This document shows positions 17,952-28,722 of a DNA stretch of 64,000 bases, one piece after another. The notes under the pieces were generated by a model. The model ran no database searches. It was not told where the DNA came from and saw only the letters and a list, made by a program, of their open reading frames with translations. Each line of letters begins with the position of its first letter. The first letter of the stretch is position 1. The position numbers and the translations under genes are program-made. The stretch is from an uncultured Methanosarcinales archaeon (GTDB lineage Archaea > Nanobdellota > Nanobdellia > Woesearchaeales > CAYZNE01), in contig CAYONI010000001.1 in the NCBI GenBank assembly GCA_964405295.1, positions 106,422 to 170,421 on the forward strand, in the 5' to 3' direction.

Positions 17952-17993
17952 TTTATATCATATTTTTTTTATTTTGGGTTTATGTCCATAAAT

Positions 17994-18019
17994 TTCAGTG
18001 AAGCAAAGTTTTCACTGAA
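17994..18019 (+). terminator. Perfect 9-bp inverted repeat ttcagtgaa-N8-ttcactgaa. It lies 40 nt after the stop codon and a T8 run.
   Basis: Read directly from the sequence. A function as terminator is inferred. Confidence 0.3.
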
Positions 18020-18157
18020 CAATCGTTAAAAATCCAAAAGATTTATATAGTAGATTACATTTATGGGCAATAACTAAACACAATTTAAGTGTTTTGTTGG
18101 GGTTAATGATCTCAACGATTATATTGACACTTATATAGCAAATTAGGGGGTTAAAGA

Positions 18158-19399
18158 ATGAATACAAAAAATTTTATGTTATTAACACTAAGTTTAATTA
18201 TGTTAGTAAGCTTAGCCGTTAGTGTAAGCGCTGTTGGCGTAGAAGTTGATTATATCAAGGCAAACGGCGAAATGCTTGAGTTAGCTGATGGTACTACAAT
18301 TAATACTGTTTTCGAGCGTGGTGAAGATTTAAATTTAAAGTTTAAAGTAACAGCTTTAGAAGATGTAGAAGATGTTGTTATTGAAGCAGATATCTATGGT
18401 TACAGATATGCAAATAGAGAAGACGGTTTGTCTGACACAACTAATACATTTGATATGGATGAAAACGACACTGATTACCAGGAATTAGAATTAACTGTTC
18501 CTACAAAAATGGATAAAGATTACTATCTATTGAGAATTAGAGTTGCTGATAGATTCGGAACTGTTGCTGATTATGAATACTCAATTCATGTTAAAGGAGT
18601 TGCTGATGAAGATGCTGTTGTAATTAAAGATTACTCATTCTCACCTTCACAAATTGTTGAAGCAGGAAGAGCAATTGTTGCAAACGTAAGAGTAAAAAAC
18701 ATTGGAGATGAAGATTATGACGATGTTAAGGTTACTGTAAGTATACCTGAACTAGGAGTTAATGATTATGAAACTTTAGATGAATTACTTTTCGATACAG
18801 CTGAAACTTTTGAAGAATTAATCTTAAGAATTCCTTCAGATGCTCAACCTGGAGATTACACTGTAAAGATCTTAGTTGAATTCGATGAATACGAAGAAAC
18901 TACTGTAACTGATATTATCACAGTTAAAGGAGCAGACGTTCCTGTTGCTGGTCAAGACTCAGTTATCAATGTTCCAAGTTCAATGGATTTAACTGCAAGT
19001 GGTGTTGCTTTCCCAATATACATCCAAAACAATGGTAATAGTGATTCAGTTTACTCACTAAGTGCCTCTGGAATTAACTGGGGAACATACAACTTTGATC
19101 CTGCAGCTGACGTAATCGTACCGGCTGGATCTTCAAAAACAGTTTACTTATACATCAATACAGACGAAGTTAGTGCTGGAGAAAAATTCTTCAAACTACA
19201 AGTTGTTAATGGTGAAGACGTAAATGAAGTTGCTCTAAGCGTTAATGTTTCAGAACAAGAAGCATCAACTGGTCTAAGAAGCGCTTTAGAAATCGGCTTA
19301 ATTGTTTTAGTTGTTATCTTAATAATCATTGGTTTGATTATTGGATTTAGCAAATTAAAAGGATCTAAAGACGACGAAGAATCTGAAACTTATTATTAA
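18158..19399 (+). CDS. Acidic secreted surface protein with CARDB-like domains and a C-terminal TM anchor.
   Basis: Signal peptide MNTKNFMLLTLSLIMLVSLAVSVSA. CARDB-like segment VANVRVKNIGDEDYDDVKVTVSI. C-terminal TM helix LEIGLIVLVVILIIIGLIIGF followed by a KGSKDDEE tail. Confidence 0.6.
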   Translation: MNTKNFMLLTLSLIMLVSLAVSVSAVGVEVDYIKANGEMLELADGTTINTVFERGEDLNLKFKVTALEDVEDVVIEADIYGYRYANREDGLSDTTNTFDMDENDTDYQELELTVPTKMDKDYYLLRIRVADRFGTVADYEYSIHVKGVADEDAVVIKDYSFSPSQIVEAGRAIVANVRVKNIGDEDYDDVKVTVSIPELGVNDYETLDELLFDTAETFEELILRIPSDAQPGDYTVKILVEFDEYEETTVTDIITVKGADVPVAGQDSVINVPSSMDLTASGVAFPIYIQNNGNSDSVYSLSASGINWGTYNFDPAADVIVPAGSSKTVYLYINTDEVSAGEKFFKLQVVNGEDVNEVALSVNVSEQEASTGLRSALEIGLIVLVVILIIIGLIIGFSKLKGSKDDEESETYY

Positions 19400-19483
19400 G
19401 TTTCTTTTTTTCTTATTTTTTTCTTTTTTATTTTATTTAATTAATGATGATTATATTACTTATTAGATGTCGGAGAGATTTTT

Positions 19484-21850
19484 ATGAATAAAGCTAATAA
19501 AAACAAATTATTAATGATTTTTACTCTGATATCATTATGTTTAATTCTTATTCCTATGTCTGCATTTGCAGAACTTAGTATAAATACATATTCAACAAGT
19601 ACCGATTTTATTGCTTATTTGCCACAAAACATGGATGTTTGTGTTTGTGCAGACACTAGTGGGCAAATTACAATACAAAATACTGGCGCTTATCAAACAA
19701 GTTTTACTATAAGTTCAAGTGATGATGAGTTATTTAATATTGTTGGGAATGAATTTGTAATAGAAAGTGGAAGTCAGTTATCAATACCTTATACTATTTC
19801 TGCAGAATGTAATTTTAATAACAAAGAAATTGATGTTACAATTAGAAATTCTTTGAATATTGAGAAAGAGTTTCAACTTAATGTTCAAGGAACAAACTGT
19901 CAAAATCTGGCAGCAATGGTGTCTTATAATCCGCAGGTTTTAACCCCCTGCACACCTGTTAAATTCAAATTAGAGGTTAGGAATATCGGTAGTTTTGCTG
20001 ATACTTATTATTTTGATTTAGGTGAATTTAGCGAGCATGCATTATCAGAACATGGTAGTGTAACCCTTCAACCTAATCAAATAGGTTATTTTAATGTAAC
20101 ACTTACTTTTCCTTGTAATTACTATGGTAATTATTCTATTCCTGTAAATGTTTATACTATTGGAACAGAAAGAGTTGCTTCTTTTAGTAATGATATTGAA
20201 GTTCTAAGAAAATATGATTTTTCTACTGATTTTTCTTCAGAAATATTTGTTTGCTCAGAAGATTTATCACTAAATACTTTTAACATTATAAACGAGGAAA
20301 ATTTTGAGAATACTTTCAAGATAGAATCTCTTTATCCAGATTTTATAACAATAAAAACAAAAGAATTAATTATTCCTGCAAATTCACAAGTGCAAGTAGA
20401 ATTCCTTGTCATTGGGTCTGAGAAAAGAATTGGTTATCATGATATGGGATTGGTAATAACTTCTGATTTGGGTAATATAGAAAAGAAAATTAATTCTTCT
20501 ATTAATATGGGTATTTGTTATGATATAGGTATCTCTTCAGAATATGATTATTATAATTATTGTGGTAGAGAAACAGGAAGTGTCCCTATAACAATAACAA
20601 ACAATGCTGCAATCAAACAAGATATTAAATTAGATGTAACTGAATGGGGTGGAACTTTTGTTCTAGATAACTATAGTTTTGCATTAGAACCAAATCAGAC
20701 AAAAATTGTTATGATTGATTTATCTAATGTTTCTGACATGAACAAATTATATAAAATACCTATTATTGCAAGCTTGCAGAATAGAGAAGGTTATTTTAAG
20801 AAACTAATTACTTTTGATTTTAAGAGCAGTTCTGATTGTCATAAAACTATTATTGATCCATCAAGTACTAAAATTAATTATGATGCTAATGAAACTTGGT
20901 TTAATATTATTAATCTTGGTGTTAAAACATTAAATTATTCTGTTTTAATAACTCCTATTGATCAGAATACTTCAGCGTGGATTGAATTATTAGATAGTCA
21001 TAATTTTTCGTTAGATCCATATCAAGAAGAATGGATTTATGTTAGATTTAATGAAAATATATCTTTGGCAGAAGAAGGCAATTATGATTTTAATATTACA
21101 ATAATACCAACAAATTCAATTGACAATGTTGGTTCAAATTATATTTTCACTATTACTTTAAGAGATAAAACTTTTTTATATTATTCTTGGATTTGGGTAA
21201 AATCTAATCCCCTAACCCTAGTTGGTATAATCATACTGGCACTATTGTTGCTATTATTACTTTATCTTTGTGTGTCAAGACCAAAAAATATTGACAATAA
21301 GAAAAAAAGAAAGAAAACTTTTAAGAGGTTTTTATTTAGTTTTATTAGTTTAATATTATTACTTTTAATATTGTTATTAATTTTCTGTCCTTTAAAATCA
21401 ATATATCCTGCATTAGATGATAACAATAATCTCAATTTGTCAATGTACTCTGGAGATACAAAGAGGATAGATATGGCTGGTTATTTTAATGATCCAGACA
21501 ATGATGAATTGTCTTATTTTGTGAAATTGCAAACTGTTGGAAATAAAAGCGTTCTAAATTTTAGTATTACTTTTGATGACTCAGCAGCATTTATTACTGC
21601 TGGTGAAGGAACTTCTGGAATTATTCCTTTCTGGTTTTATGCTACTGATTCAGATTATTTTGTTAAGAGTGACATGTTTGTTTTAAAAGTTGTAGAAAAG
21701 CCTTTGTTTACTTTTAATGACTATGTTAATTTTTATATATGTTATATCATCTGGCTAATTTTTGTTGTTATAATCGCAGTATATCTTATTGCCATATTTG
21801 TTTGGTCTAATAAAAAAACAAAGAGACAGCACAAGAATAGTAAAAAATAA
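19484..21850 (+). CDS. Large membrane or surface protein with a signal peptide, two internal TM helices and a C-terminal TM anchor.
   Basis: Signal peptide MNKANKNKLLMIFTLISLCLILIPMSAFA. TM helices near aa 570-640 and at the C-terminus, followed by a basic tail. Confidence 0.55.
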   Translation: MNKANKNKLLMIFTLISLCLILIPMSAFAELSINTYSTSTDFIAYLPQNMDVCVCADTSGQITIQNTGAYQTSFTISSSDDELFNIVGNEFVIESGSQLSIPYTISAECNFNNKEIDVTIRNSLNIEKEFQLNVQGTNCQNLAAMVSYNPQVLTPCTPVKFKLEVRNIGSFADTYYFDLGEFSEHALSEHGSVTLQPNQIGYFNVTLTFPCNYYGNYSIPVNVYTIGTERVASFSNDIEVLRKYDFSTDFSSEIFVCSEDLSLNTFNIINEENFENTFKIESLYPDFITIKTKELIIPANSQVQVEFLVIGSEKRIGYHDMGLVITSDLGNIEKKINSSINMGICYDIGISSEYDYYNYCGRETGSVPITITNNAAIKQDIKLDVTEWGGTFVLDNYSFALEPNQTKIVMIDLSNVSDMNKLYKIPIIASLQNREGYFKKLITFDFKSSSDCHKTIIDPSSTKINYDANETWFNIINLGVKTLNYSVLITPIDQNTSAWIELLDSHNFSLDPYQEEWIYVRFNENISLAEEGNYDFNITIIPTNSIDNVGSNYIFTITLRDKTFLYYSWIWVKSNPLTLVGIIILALLLLLLLYLCVSRPKNIDNKKKRKKTFKRFLFSFISLILLLLILLLIFCPLKSIYPALDDNNNLNLSMYSGDTKRIDMAGYFNDPDNDELSYFVKLQTVGNKSVLNFSITFDDSAAFITAGEGTSGIIPFWFYATDSDYFVKSDMFVLKVVEKPLFTFNDYVNFYICYIIWLIFVVIIAVYLIAIFVWSNKKTKRQHKNSKK

Positions 21851-21902
21851 ATTGTTTTAAACCAAAAGCTTTTAAATCTCTTTCTTATTATTATAAATTA
21901 AA

Positions 21903-23240
21903 ATGGAAAATAAAAAAATAGAAATTATTGCAGTAGGTGGTCATTCTGAAATAGGAAGAAACTGTACTGCGATAGTAGTAGATAATGAAGCAATCCTGCT
22001 TGATATGGGATTGCATATGGAAAATTACATTAATTTTACAGAAGATGAAGATATGCGGAATGCAATGAGTGGTGAAGATCTTATTAAACACGATGCAGTT
22101 CCAAATATTAATAAAATAAAGAATCTTTGGCCGAAAGTAAAGGCGATTCTTGTTACTCATGCACATCTTGATCATATAGGGGCGATTCCTTTTCTGGCTG
22201 ATAGATTTAATGCTCCAATTTATGGTTCTGCATATAGTATTGAAGTTTTAAAGGCAATACTCCATGATGAACGAATAAAGATTGCGAATAAGTTAATAGT
22301 TAAACCAGTAAATAGTAAATTTAGGGTTTCAGATAATTTTAGTATTGAATTTATCAGTATGACTCATTCTGTTCCTCAAACCGTTATGATTCTTGTTAAG
22401 ACTAAGTATGGTGATGTTCTTTATTCCAATGACTTCAAGTTTGATAATAACCCTACTTTGGGTGAGAAACCAAATTATAAAGCTCTTGAGGCTATTGGAA
22501 AAAGTGGGAAATTAAAAGCCTTAATTGTAGATTCTTTATATGCAGATGATCCAAGAAAGACTCCGAGTGAAGCTATTGCAAAGGAAATGCTTAAAGACGT
22601 TCTTCTTGGAACTAACTCCAAAGGAAAAGTTGTTGTTGTTACAACGTTTTCAAGCCATATTGCACGTTTACAGAGTATAGTATCACTTGGTAAGAAGCTA
22701 AATCGTAAGATTGTGCTTATGGGCAGATCTTTAACAAAATATGTTAAGGCTGCAGAAGATGTTGGGCTTGTTAATTTTTCAAAAGATTGTAAGATTGTAA
22801 CTTATGGTTCACAGATAAAAAGTTTCTTTAAGAAAGAGGCCCATCCTGAAAAATATCTTTTTGTGGTAACAGGACATCAGGGTGAACCAAAAGCGGTTCT
22901 TGGGAAGGTTGTTAACAGAAATTGGTTAAAGTTTCATCCAGGAGATCATGTAATATTTTCTTCATCAATAATTCCTGTTGAACAAAATTTTGTTAATCGT
23001 GAAAAACTTGAAAAAGAATTAAGCAAATATAAAGTTAGAATATTCAGAGACGTTCATGTTTCTGGTCACGCAGGAAGAGAAGATTTAAGGGACCTTGTTG
23101 AACTTGTAAAACCAAAATTTGTTATGCCTGCACATGGAAATAAGAAAAAATCTCTTGCAATGAAAGATCTATGTTTACAACTAGGATTTAAGTCTGACAG
23201 AATAAGAATTCTAAAGGATGGAAACAGAATAAAGGTTTAA
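21903..23240 (+). CDS. Beta-CASP metallo-beta-lactamase ribonuclease of the archaeal RNase J-like type.
   Basis: HxHxDH motif VTHAHLDHIGAIP. A beta-CASP region with VSGHAGREDL (His motif C). Length 445 aa. Confidence 0.75.
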   Translation: MENKKIEIIAVGGHSEIGRNCTAIVVDNEAILLDMGLHMENYINFTEDEDMRNAMSGEDLIKHDAVPNINKIKNLWPKVKAILVTHAHLDHIGAIPFLADRFNAPIYGSAYSIEVLKAILHDERIKIANKLIVKPVNSKFRVSDNFSIEFISMTHSVPQTVMILVKTKYGDVLYSNDFKFDNNPTLGEKPNYKALEAIGKSGKLKALIVDSLYADDPRKTPSEAIAKEMLKDVLLGTNSKGKVVVVTTFSSHIARLQSIVSLGKKLNRKIVLMGRSLTKYVKAAEDVGLVNFSKDCKIVTYGSQIKSFFKKEAHPEKYLFVVTGHQGEPKAVLGKVVNRNWLKFHPGDHVIFSSSIIPVEQNFVNREKLEKELSKYKVRIFRDVHVSGHAGREDLRDLVELVKPKFVMPAHGNKKKSLAMKDLCLQLGFKSDRIRILKDGNRIKV

Positions 23241-24520
23241 GTATTTCCTATATTTGTTTTTTTTATTGATTTATTGTTTGGTGCTCTAGTAAAATTAACT
23301 TTTTTATGTTCGTTGCTTGCTTTTTCTTCTATTGCTTCTTCTATTTCAGTTAATTCAATAAATGATTTTGCTGACCATGAGATAAATGTTGAAACAACTA
23401 ATGAATAAATCATTGTTATTAAAGTTAAGTTTACTAATATAGAAATTCCACTTACTTCAATTAATGCAATACTAAAGATTACTGCTGCAACTGCGATCCC
23501 TTTCGGCATATTAAGTGCCATAAATAGGAGTTCTTTTGTTGTTGAGTTTTTCCCAATAGAAATCTTTAAACTAAGATATCTACACAGAATTAAAATAAGA
23601 AATAATGCTAGTGATTTAACAAAAAACCAAATTTCCCAAGGTAGTTCAGTAACAACTCCTATTAAAACGAAAACAAGTATTTCGAGTGAGGTAGATAGAA
23701 TAGAGCTAAATTCACTTAGTCTTGTTTTTTTCTTAACATACATATTGCCAAATAATAATCCTAGTGTTGCAACTGCAAGAACTCCGTTCCCACCAAGATT
23801 CTCAGCTATAATATAGGTTATTAGTGTTGCAGTAAGTAATGCAATTGCGCTGTATTCTTCAGAATATGTTTTCTTCATTATTCTAAATATAATTATTCCA
23901 ATTACTATTCCTGTTCCCACACCTGTGACTATCTGCTGCAAAAATGGCCCTATCTGAGTGAGCACTGAAACTCCTTCTCCTCCTGTAACAAATTCGAGTA
24001 AAACAAAAGGCAGGATGACAATTATAGGTGTATTGACTATTGCTTCGACTTTTAGAAATTCAAATACTTTACTTGTTTTCTTTTTGAACAATATAAATAC
24101 GCTTGCTGGGTCTGTCCCTGCCATAAGAACAGAGAATACTAATGCAAGGATAATATTTGTAATAGTTAGTTTATTAAAGAACAGGATAAATGTTGTGAAT
24201 CCTATAAATATTAAATTAAATATTATTGTAATAAATGTTACTTGAAGAGCTTTGTATGATAATGTATCTAGCTCTTTGAACTTCATTCTTGATGAGCCAT
24301 CAAAAACAATCATTACTAATGCTAATATGGCTATAGATATAAGAAATTCCGGTGAGAATTGGAATATTGCTTGTCCTTTATACTTAATAAATGTTGATGC
24401 AATTCCTGCAAATATTAAAAGTAGAATGTTAGTTATTCTTAATTTGTTTGATAGAATTGATATTAGTAATCCAATTAAGAGAATAACTGCAATGCTTGTT
24501 AAATAAGTTAAAACGTCCAT
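23237..24520 (-). CDS. Cation:proton antiporter of the CPA1 / NhaP type.
   Basis: About 12 TM helices. The N-terminal helices carry the FxxGxxxxxxLxxxP-type pattern typical of Na+/H+ exchangers. Confidence 0.6.
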   Translation of the reverse strand: MDVLTYLTSIAVILLIGLLISILSNKLRITNILLLIFAGIASTFIKYKGQAIFQFSPEFLISIAILALVMIVFDGSSRMKFKELDTLSYKALQVTFITIIFNLIFIGFTTFILFFNKLTITNIILALVFSVLMAGTDPASVFILFKKKTSKVFEFLKVEAIVNTPIIVILPFVLLEFVTGGEGVSVLTQIGPFLQQIVTGVGTGIVIGIIIFRIMKKTYSEEYSAIALLTATLITYIIAENLGGNGVLAVATLGLLFGNMYVKKKTRLSEFSSILSTSLEILVFVLIGVVTELPWEIWFFVKSLALFLILILCRYLSLKISIGKNSTTKELLFMALNMPKGIAVAAVIFSIALIEVSGISILVNLTLITMIYSLVVSTFISWSAKSFIELTEIEEAIEEKASNEHKKVNFTRAPNNKSIKKTNIGNT

Positions 24521-24600
24521 TGATTACTAATTAGGGATATTTATTTAAAAAGATTTCTTATATAAGTGTTAAAATATGTTTAAAATAAGGGTATTTATTA

Positions 24601-26646
24601 TTATAAATTAATATGTGAGCTAACATATGTTAAAACTTTAAATAATGTTGATGTCAATTCATATATTTTTGTCTTATCTTTTTCATTAAGTGATTCATAT
24701 AAACCAATAAGGTTTAAATATGTGTCTTTACCTTCTTTTAGGTGTAGATGTTGTAAATAAATATATGCATTGTTTGTTTTGTTAATTATTTCAAACAAAT
24801 CATTCTTACTTTTTTTTGTTTTTAGTTTTATACTCTTAAACTTAGATATATCTATTTTGTCGCTTATATTGAATATGAAAAATTTTAATGTATTGAAGTC
24901 AAGTATTATTTCATCAATATCTGAGAATATTTCTTTACGCCCATCAAGTTCACTTCTTCCCTCTTTTTCAAGTCTAATAAATCTTTCTGTAAGAGTTATT
25001 ACTATTTCTCTGAACTCTTCTGTAGTCTCTAGTTTTTTAATTTTTTTCATAAATTCTTCTTTAGTAGCTTCAAAATCTAGATCAAGCATTTCTGAAAAAG
25101 ATTTTCTAAATAAAACAAATAGTTTTGATTCTAGCTCATTTAGATCGTCATTTGTGAGATTATCTTTTTTTATTTTCTCAGCAAGGTCTTTTTCATAGTT
25201 TTCTACACTTTTCAAAATCTTCTTTTTTTCTTTGCCACCAAGATAAATTTGTCTATCTGCTTTTTTAACAAGAAGCCATACTAACTTAGAGAATATTCCT
25301 TTAATTTGTTTTCTAAAAACTCTATATAATATAAGGATTGTTACTGCTATAGCAACTAGTATTCCAATAAACCAACTTAAAACTTTATTTGAATCAAAAA
25401 TAATTGAAGGAGACTCTATTGTTTTACATGGTTCACATGGTCCTCCACAATCAATGCCCATTTCATTATTGTTTTTAACTCCATCAGAGCAACTTTCTGA
25501 ATAAACACAGAATTGAGTTATTTCTGGTATTCCAAATCTTATTTGGTCGCTTGTTGGGCATTCATTTAAATCAAAGCATGCTCGTTCTTTAGTTCCATCT
25601 TTTCTACATAATGTCCAATCTGTGCATTCCCATTCAGGATAACACCCTGCAGGAACTCTGTATTCACACTCCCTATACCGCGTTGTCTTATAATTATCTT
25701 CATCACAACTATTTCTATCATAACAAGACATTTTTTGATATCCTGTAATAAATTCTGGTTTATCTGATATGGGGGGATAGCAATCACTCCATTCTAAACA
25801 AGTCCAATCTTCTGTGCAAGGTTCAATAGGAAGCCCTCCTCCTCCACTTGAGGAGGCTTCGTTGTCTTCATCATCACAGTTTATAGTTACTTTTGCTGGG
25901 GGTAAACTAAGTGCATTTGCAGGAGGGGAATATGTGTCTTCTGCCATATATGTAATAGTATAATCCCCACATACATTGTCAAGAGTTCTTATAATAACCT
26001 CACTTGTTCCAGGAATTATATGTACACTCATTGCTCCAGTATTATAACTAAGCAAGCTATATGTTAAAGTATCGCCATCAATATCTCTAAAATAGTCATT
26101 TAAATAATATGCAATCAAGGTTTGTTTCTGATCCATTGTAATATTTGGTAATTCTCTGTAATATTCTGGTGGAGTATTATTAAAGTTGAGTGTAAAGTTA
26201 TATTCATGATAGCTTACATCATGTGGTCCGCAAGCTGCGTCATCAACACCTATCCTGATTGAGTGATCTCCCCAGCTAGAATCATTTGTTGTAAAGCTAA
26301 TGCTGCCATTGCTTGAATCAATTGTAAATAGATATAACTCTGGCTGTGTAATAAATTGTGATGAGAAATATAGTTCATCAGGATCTGCAGCAATATATTC
26401 TAAATCACAGTAAAAGGTTTCATTATTTTTTAAAGTTAGATTATCTCCGCAGACTGAAGCAATATCTGTTAAAATAAATGGTTGTTTAATACAGTATCTT
26501 ATTTCTGCGCTCGTGCTTTGCGCAGTAAGCCTATTTGTACTAAAAATCTTGTGTTCACTTAAGGAAACACCAAATAATATCAAGTTAAATAGTAAAAGAA
26601 ATATAGAAAATACTAGGATAAACTCGTTAAATCTGATTTTTCTCAT
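24601..26646 (-). CDS. Type-I membrane protein. It has a Cys-rich extracellular domain with repeated C-x-(E/D)-W-x-C-x-x-W-(S/T)-x-C modules, one TM helix and a ~240-aa cytoplasmic coiled-coil tail.
   Basis: Signal peptide / TM at the N-terminus. Modules CTEDWTCLEWSDC and CYPEWECTDWTLC. A GGGG linker. TM helix VLSWFIGILVAIAVTILILY. A Lys/Glu-rich helical C-terminus. Confidence 0.5.
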   Translation of the reverse strand: MRKIRFNEFILVFSIFLLLFNLILFGVSLSEHKIFSTNRLTAQSTSAEIRYCIKQPFILTDIASVCGDNLTLKNNETFYCDLEYIAADPDELYFSSQFITQPELYLFTIDSSNGSISFTTNDSSWGDHSIRIGVDDAACGPHDVSYHEYNFTLNFNNTPPEYYRELPNITMDQKQTLIAYYLNDYFRDIDGDTLTYSLLSYNTGAMSVHIIPGTSEVIIRTLDNVCGDYTITYMAEDTYSPPANALSLPPAKVTINCDDEDNEASSSGGGGLPIEPCTEDWTCLEWSDCYPPISDKPEFITGYQKMSCYDRNSCDEDNYKTTRYRECEYRVPAGCYPEWECTDWTLCRKDGTKERACFDLNECPTSDQIRFGIPEITQFCVYSESCSDGVKNNNEMGIDCGGPCEPCKTIESPSIIFDSNKVLSWFIGILVAIAVTILILYRVFRKQIKGIFSKLVWLLVKKADRQIYLGGKEKKKILKSVENYEKDLAEKIKKDNLTNDDLNELESKLFVLFRKSFSEMLDLDFEATKEEFMKKIKKLETTEEFREIVITLTERFIRLEKEGRSELDGRKEIFSDIDEIILDFNTLKFFIFNISDKIDISKFKSIKLKTKKSKNDLFEIINKTNNAYIYLQHLHLKEGKDTYLNLIGLYESLNEKDKTKIYELTSTLFKVLTYVSSHINL

Positions 26647-26705
26647 TATAGAGAATATTCGTACCTATATTTTAAAAACTTTTCTTTAATAGAAGCTATT
26701 AATTT

Positions 26706-27311
26706 TCAATTGGCCACTAGAATGTCGATATTTATAATGTCAAGCCAAGGATCTTGTTCTGGCGCATTTTCATACGTTGCTGCAATCCGAAGTTCATATT
26801 CGCCATTGTTAAATTCTTCAGAATCAAATAAGAATTCTATATCAAATGGATAATCAATAAATTCAATCAAACTTTGATCATCATTTATTGGGTCTTCACT
26901 GTGCTTTGGGCTAATCATAATCAATATTTCTTCTGAAAGAGTTGGGTATTCAAGTATTTCAATGTTTACTATTCCTTTAATTGTTTGGCCATTTATAGGA
27001 TTTATGTTGATTGAAAGATCTCCTTCACTGTGATTTGTGTTATTTGTTGTTGTTTCTAATGGTTCTTCAATCTCGTTTGATTTAAACGCATTACTGATTT
27101 GTTGGAAAATATTTTGAGTTGATTCTTCAGGCGCAGGATCAATTAACTGCCCTTGATTTGTTCTGTTTAATATGTGCCCATTGTCAATAAGGATCGTGTT
27201 TCTTTTGTAGGAGTTTTCATAACTTATAAGAATAATAACAGAAAATATTAATAAAATCACAAGGACTATAAGAAATAATTTAGCTAATAACGTTCGTCTT
27301 TCTTTATTCAT
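26706..27311 (-). CDS. N-terminally anchored secreted protein, 201 aa.
   Basis: TM helix LLAKLFLIVLVILLIFSVIILI after a basic N-terminus. The rest is acidic. Confidence 0.4.
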   Translation of the reverse strand: MNKERRTLLAKLFLIVLVILLIFSVIILISYENSYKRNTILIDNGHILNRTNQGQLIDPAPEESTQNIFQQISNAFKSNEIEEPLETTTNNTNHSEGDLSININPINGQTIKGIVNIEILEYPTLSEEILIMISPKHSEDPINDDQSLIEFIDYPFDIEFLFDSEEFNNGEYELRIAATYENAPEQDPWLDIINIDILVAN

Positions 27312-27384
27312 ATATCCTAAATAGAGATTTTACATTAAAAATGTTTTCATTAATTATTTAAAGAGAGCTATATTCTATAATTCT

Positions 27385-27996
27385 ATGAAAGCAATTGTTT
27401 TATTTAGTTCAGGAATAGATAGCCCTATCGCAGCACATCTTTGTACAGAGAAAGGTATAGAGTTAATTGGATTAAATTTTTATAACAGGACATTAGATGA
27501 GAAATATAAAAAAGGTTTAATTGAACTTGCAAAGCTAGTTGGTATAAAAAAACTTTATTTTGCTGATCATTCTATTTCTCATAAAGCTTATACTGAAAAC
27601 TGCAATCCTAGGTATCAGTGTGTTTTTTGTAAAAGGATTATGATGCAGGTTGCAGATAAATTGTGTGAAAAAGATGGTTGTGATTTTATAGTTACAGGAG
27701 ATAATATTGCACAGGTTGCAACTCAAACTATTCCTAACTTAGAAGTTGTTTCTTCTCTTGCAAATAATAAAATTCTTCGTCCTCTTCTAACATTTGATAA
27801 AAATGAAATTATTAATATTGCAAGAAAAATTGGAACTTATGATATTAATCTTAATTTTAAAGGCGGTTGTCCTTTTTTACCTGATAAACCTGCAACCACT
27901 TCTACTGTTGAAAAGATTAAAAGAGAAGAAGATAAAATAGATGTTGATAATTTAATTAAAGAAATAATAGAAAAAATAATTATTGAGCAAGTTTAA
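27385..27996 (+). CDS. ThiI-like PP-loop ATP pyrophosphatase. It has the adenylation domain only; there is no THUMP domain.
   Basis: PP-loop FSSGIDSPIAAHL (cf. SGGxDSPVAA). The motif CVFCKRIMM resembles the ThiI catalytic Cys region. Confidence 0.5.
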   Translation: MKAIVLFSSGIDSPIAAHLCTEKGIELIGLNFYNRTLDEKYKKGLIELAKLVGIKKLYFADHSISHKAYTENCNPRYQCVFCKRIMMQVADKLCEKDGCDFIVTGDNIAQVATQTIPNLEVVSSLANNKILRPLLTFDKNEIINIARKIGTYDINLNFKGGCPFLPDKPATTSTVEKIKREEDKIDVDNLIKEIIEKIIIEQV

Positions 27997-28241
27997 ATTA
28001 ACTCATCGATTGGAGGTTTGTTGTTGTTTTGATCAGCTTGATTGTTTTGAGAAACAAGTCCTGCTGCTTCTGATTCTAAATCAATACCTTCTTCCTTTAA
28101 TGCAGCAATATGCATTTTCATTATTTCTTCAACAATACCAAGAATTCTTGCTAATTCTTGTCTTTCTTTAGCTAGAGTTGATAATGCTCCTTTATGAAAA
28201 CCAATTTTTTCTTCTTTAGACATATTTTTTTCTTCAACCAT
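27993..28241 (-). CDS. Hypothetical helical protein, 82 aa.
   Basis: ORF only. Confidence 0.35.
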   Translation of the reverse strand: MVEEKNMSKEEKIGFHKGALSTLAKERQELARILGIVEEIMKMHIAALKEEGIDLESEAAGLVSQNNQADQNNNKPPIDELI

Positions 28242-28308
28242 TTATTCCACCTTATACTCAAAAAAGCTTTACTTTTTTGGTTGATATCTTTCTAAATCAA
28301 ATAAGATA

Positions 28309-28578
28309 TCATTTTAATAATCTATCAATAACATTAATGCTTTTGGCAATGTCTTCTCCTTTTTTTGTTAGAGAAATTATTTTTAATCTTCCCTTTTTTT
28401 TGAAAGTTACCATACCATCACTTTCCATCTCTTGCAATATCTTAACAATGTGGCTGTATGTGCAATCTATTTTTTTTGCAATAGTTGATGCATACATTTC
28501 CAGTTGTGTATTGACGAGAACTAAGAGTAATTTTGCTGGTTTTTCTCTAAACACTAAATTGAAATTTGTTTTTGCCAT
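28309..28578 (-). CDS. Small winged-helix DNA-binding regulator (MarR/ArsR-like).
   Basis: wHTH pattern ...MYASTIAKKIDCTYSHIVKILQEMESDGMVTFKKKGR. The start MAKTNF at 28578 is preferred, with a TATA-like tttataaa upstream. The longer track ORF would run into the promoter. Confidence 0.5.
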   Translation of the reverse strand: MAKTNFNLVFREKPAKLLLVLVNTQLEMYASTIAKKIDCTYSHIVKILQEMESDGMVTFKKKGRLKIISLTKKGEDIAKSINVIDRLLK

Positions 28579-28710
28579 AATTTGTCGAAAACTTAATTCT
28601 TTATAAAAGTTTTCATTATATACCTTAACATATATATTAATCAATATATTAGAAATTTCAGCAAAAACTTAATAAATCAACTATAGCTCACCAGGTTATA
28701 ATAACTAATT

Positions 28711-28716
28711 AGGTGG
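28711..28716 (+). promoter_or_regulatory. Shine-Dalgarno AGGTGG, 6 nt upstream of the ileS ATG.
   Basis: Purine-rich motif with appropriate spacing. Confidence 0.4.
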
Positions 28717-28722
28717 TAAAAT

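Noticed and set aside
27993-28241. Prefoldin or chorismate-mutase-like assignment for the 82-aa helical protein.
   Set aside because: It is too short, and no diagnostic motif could be matched. It is left as hypothetical.
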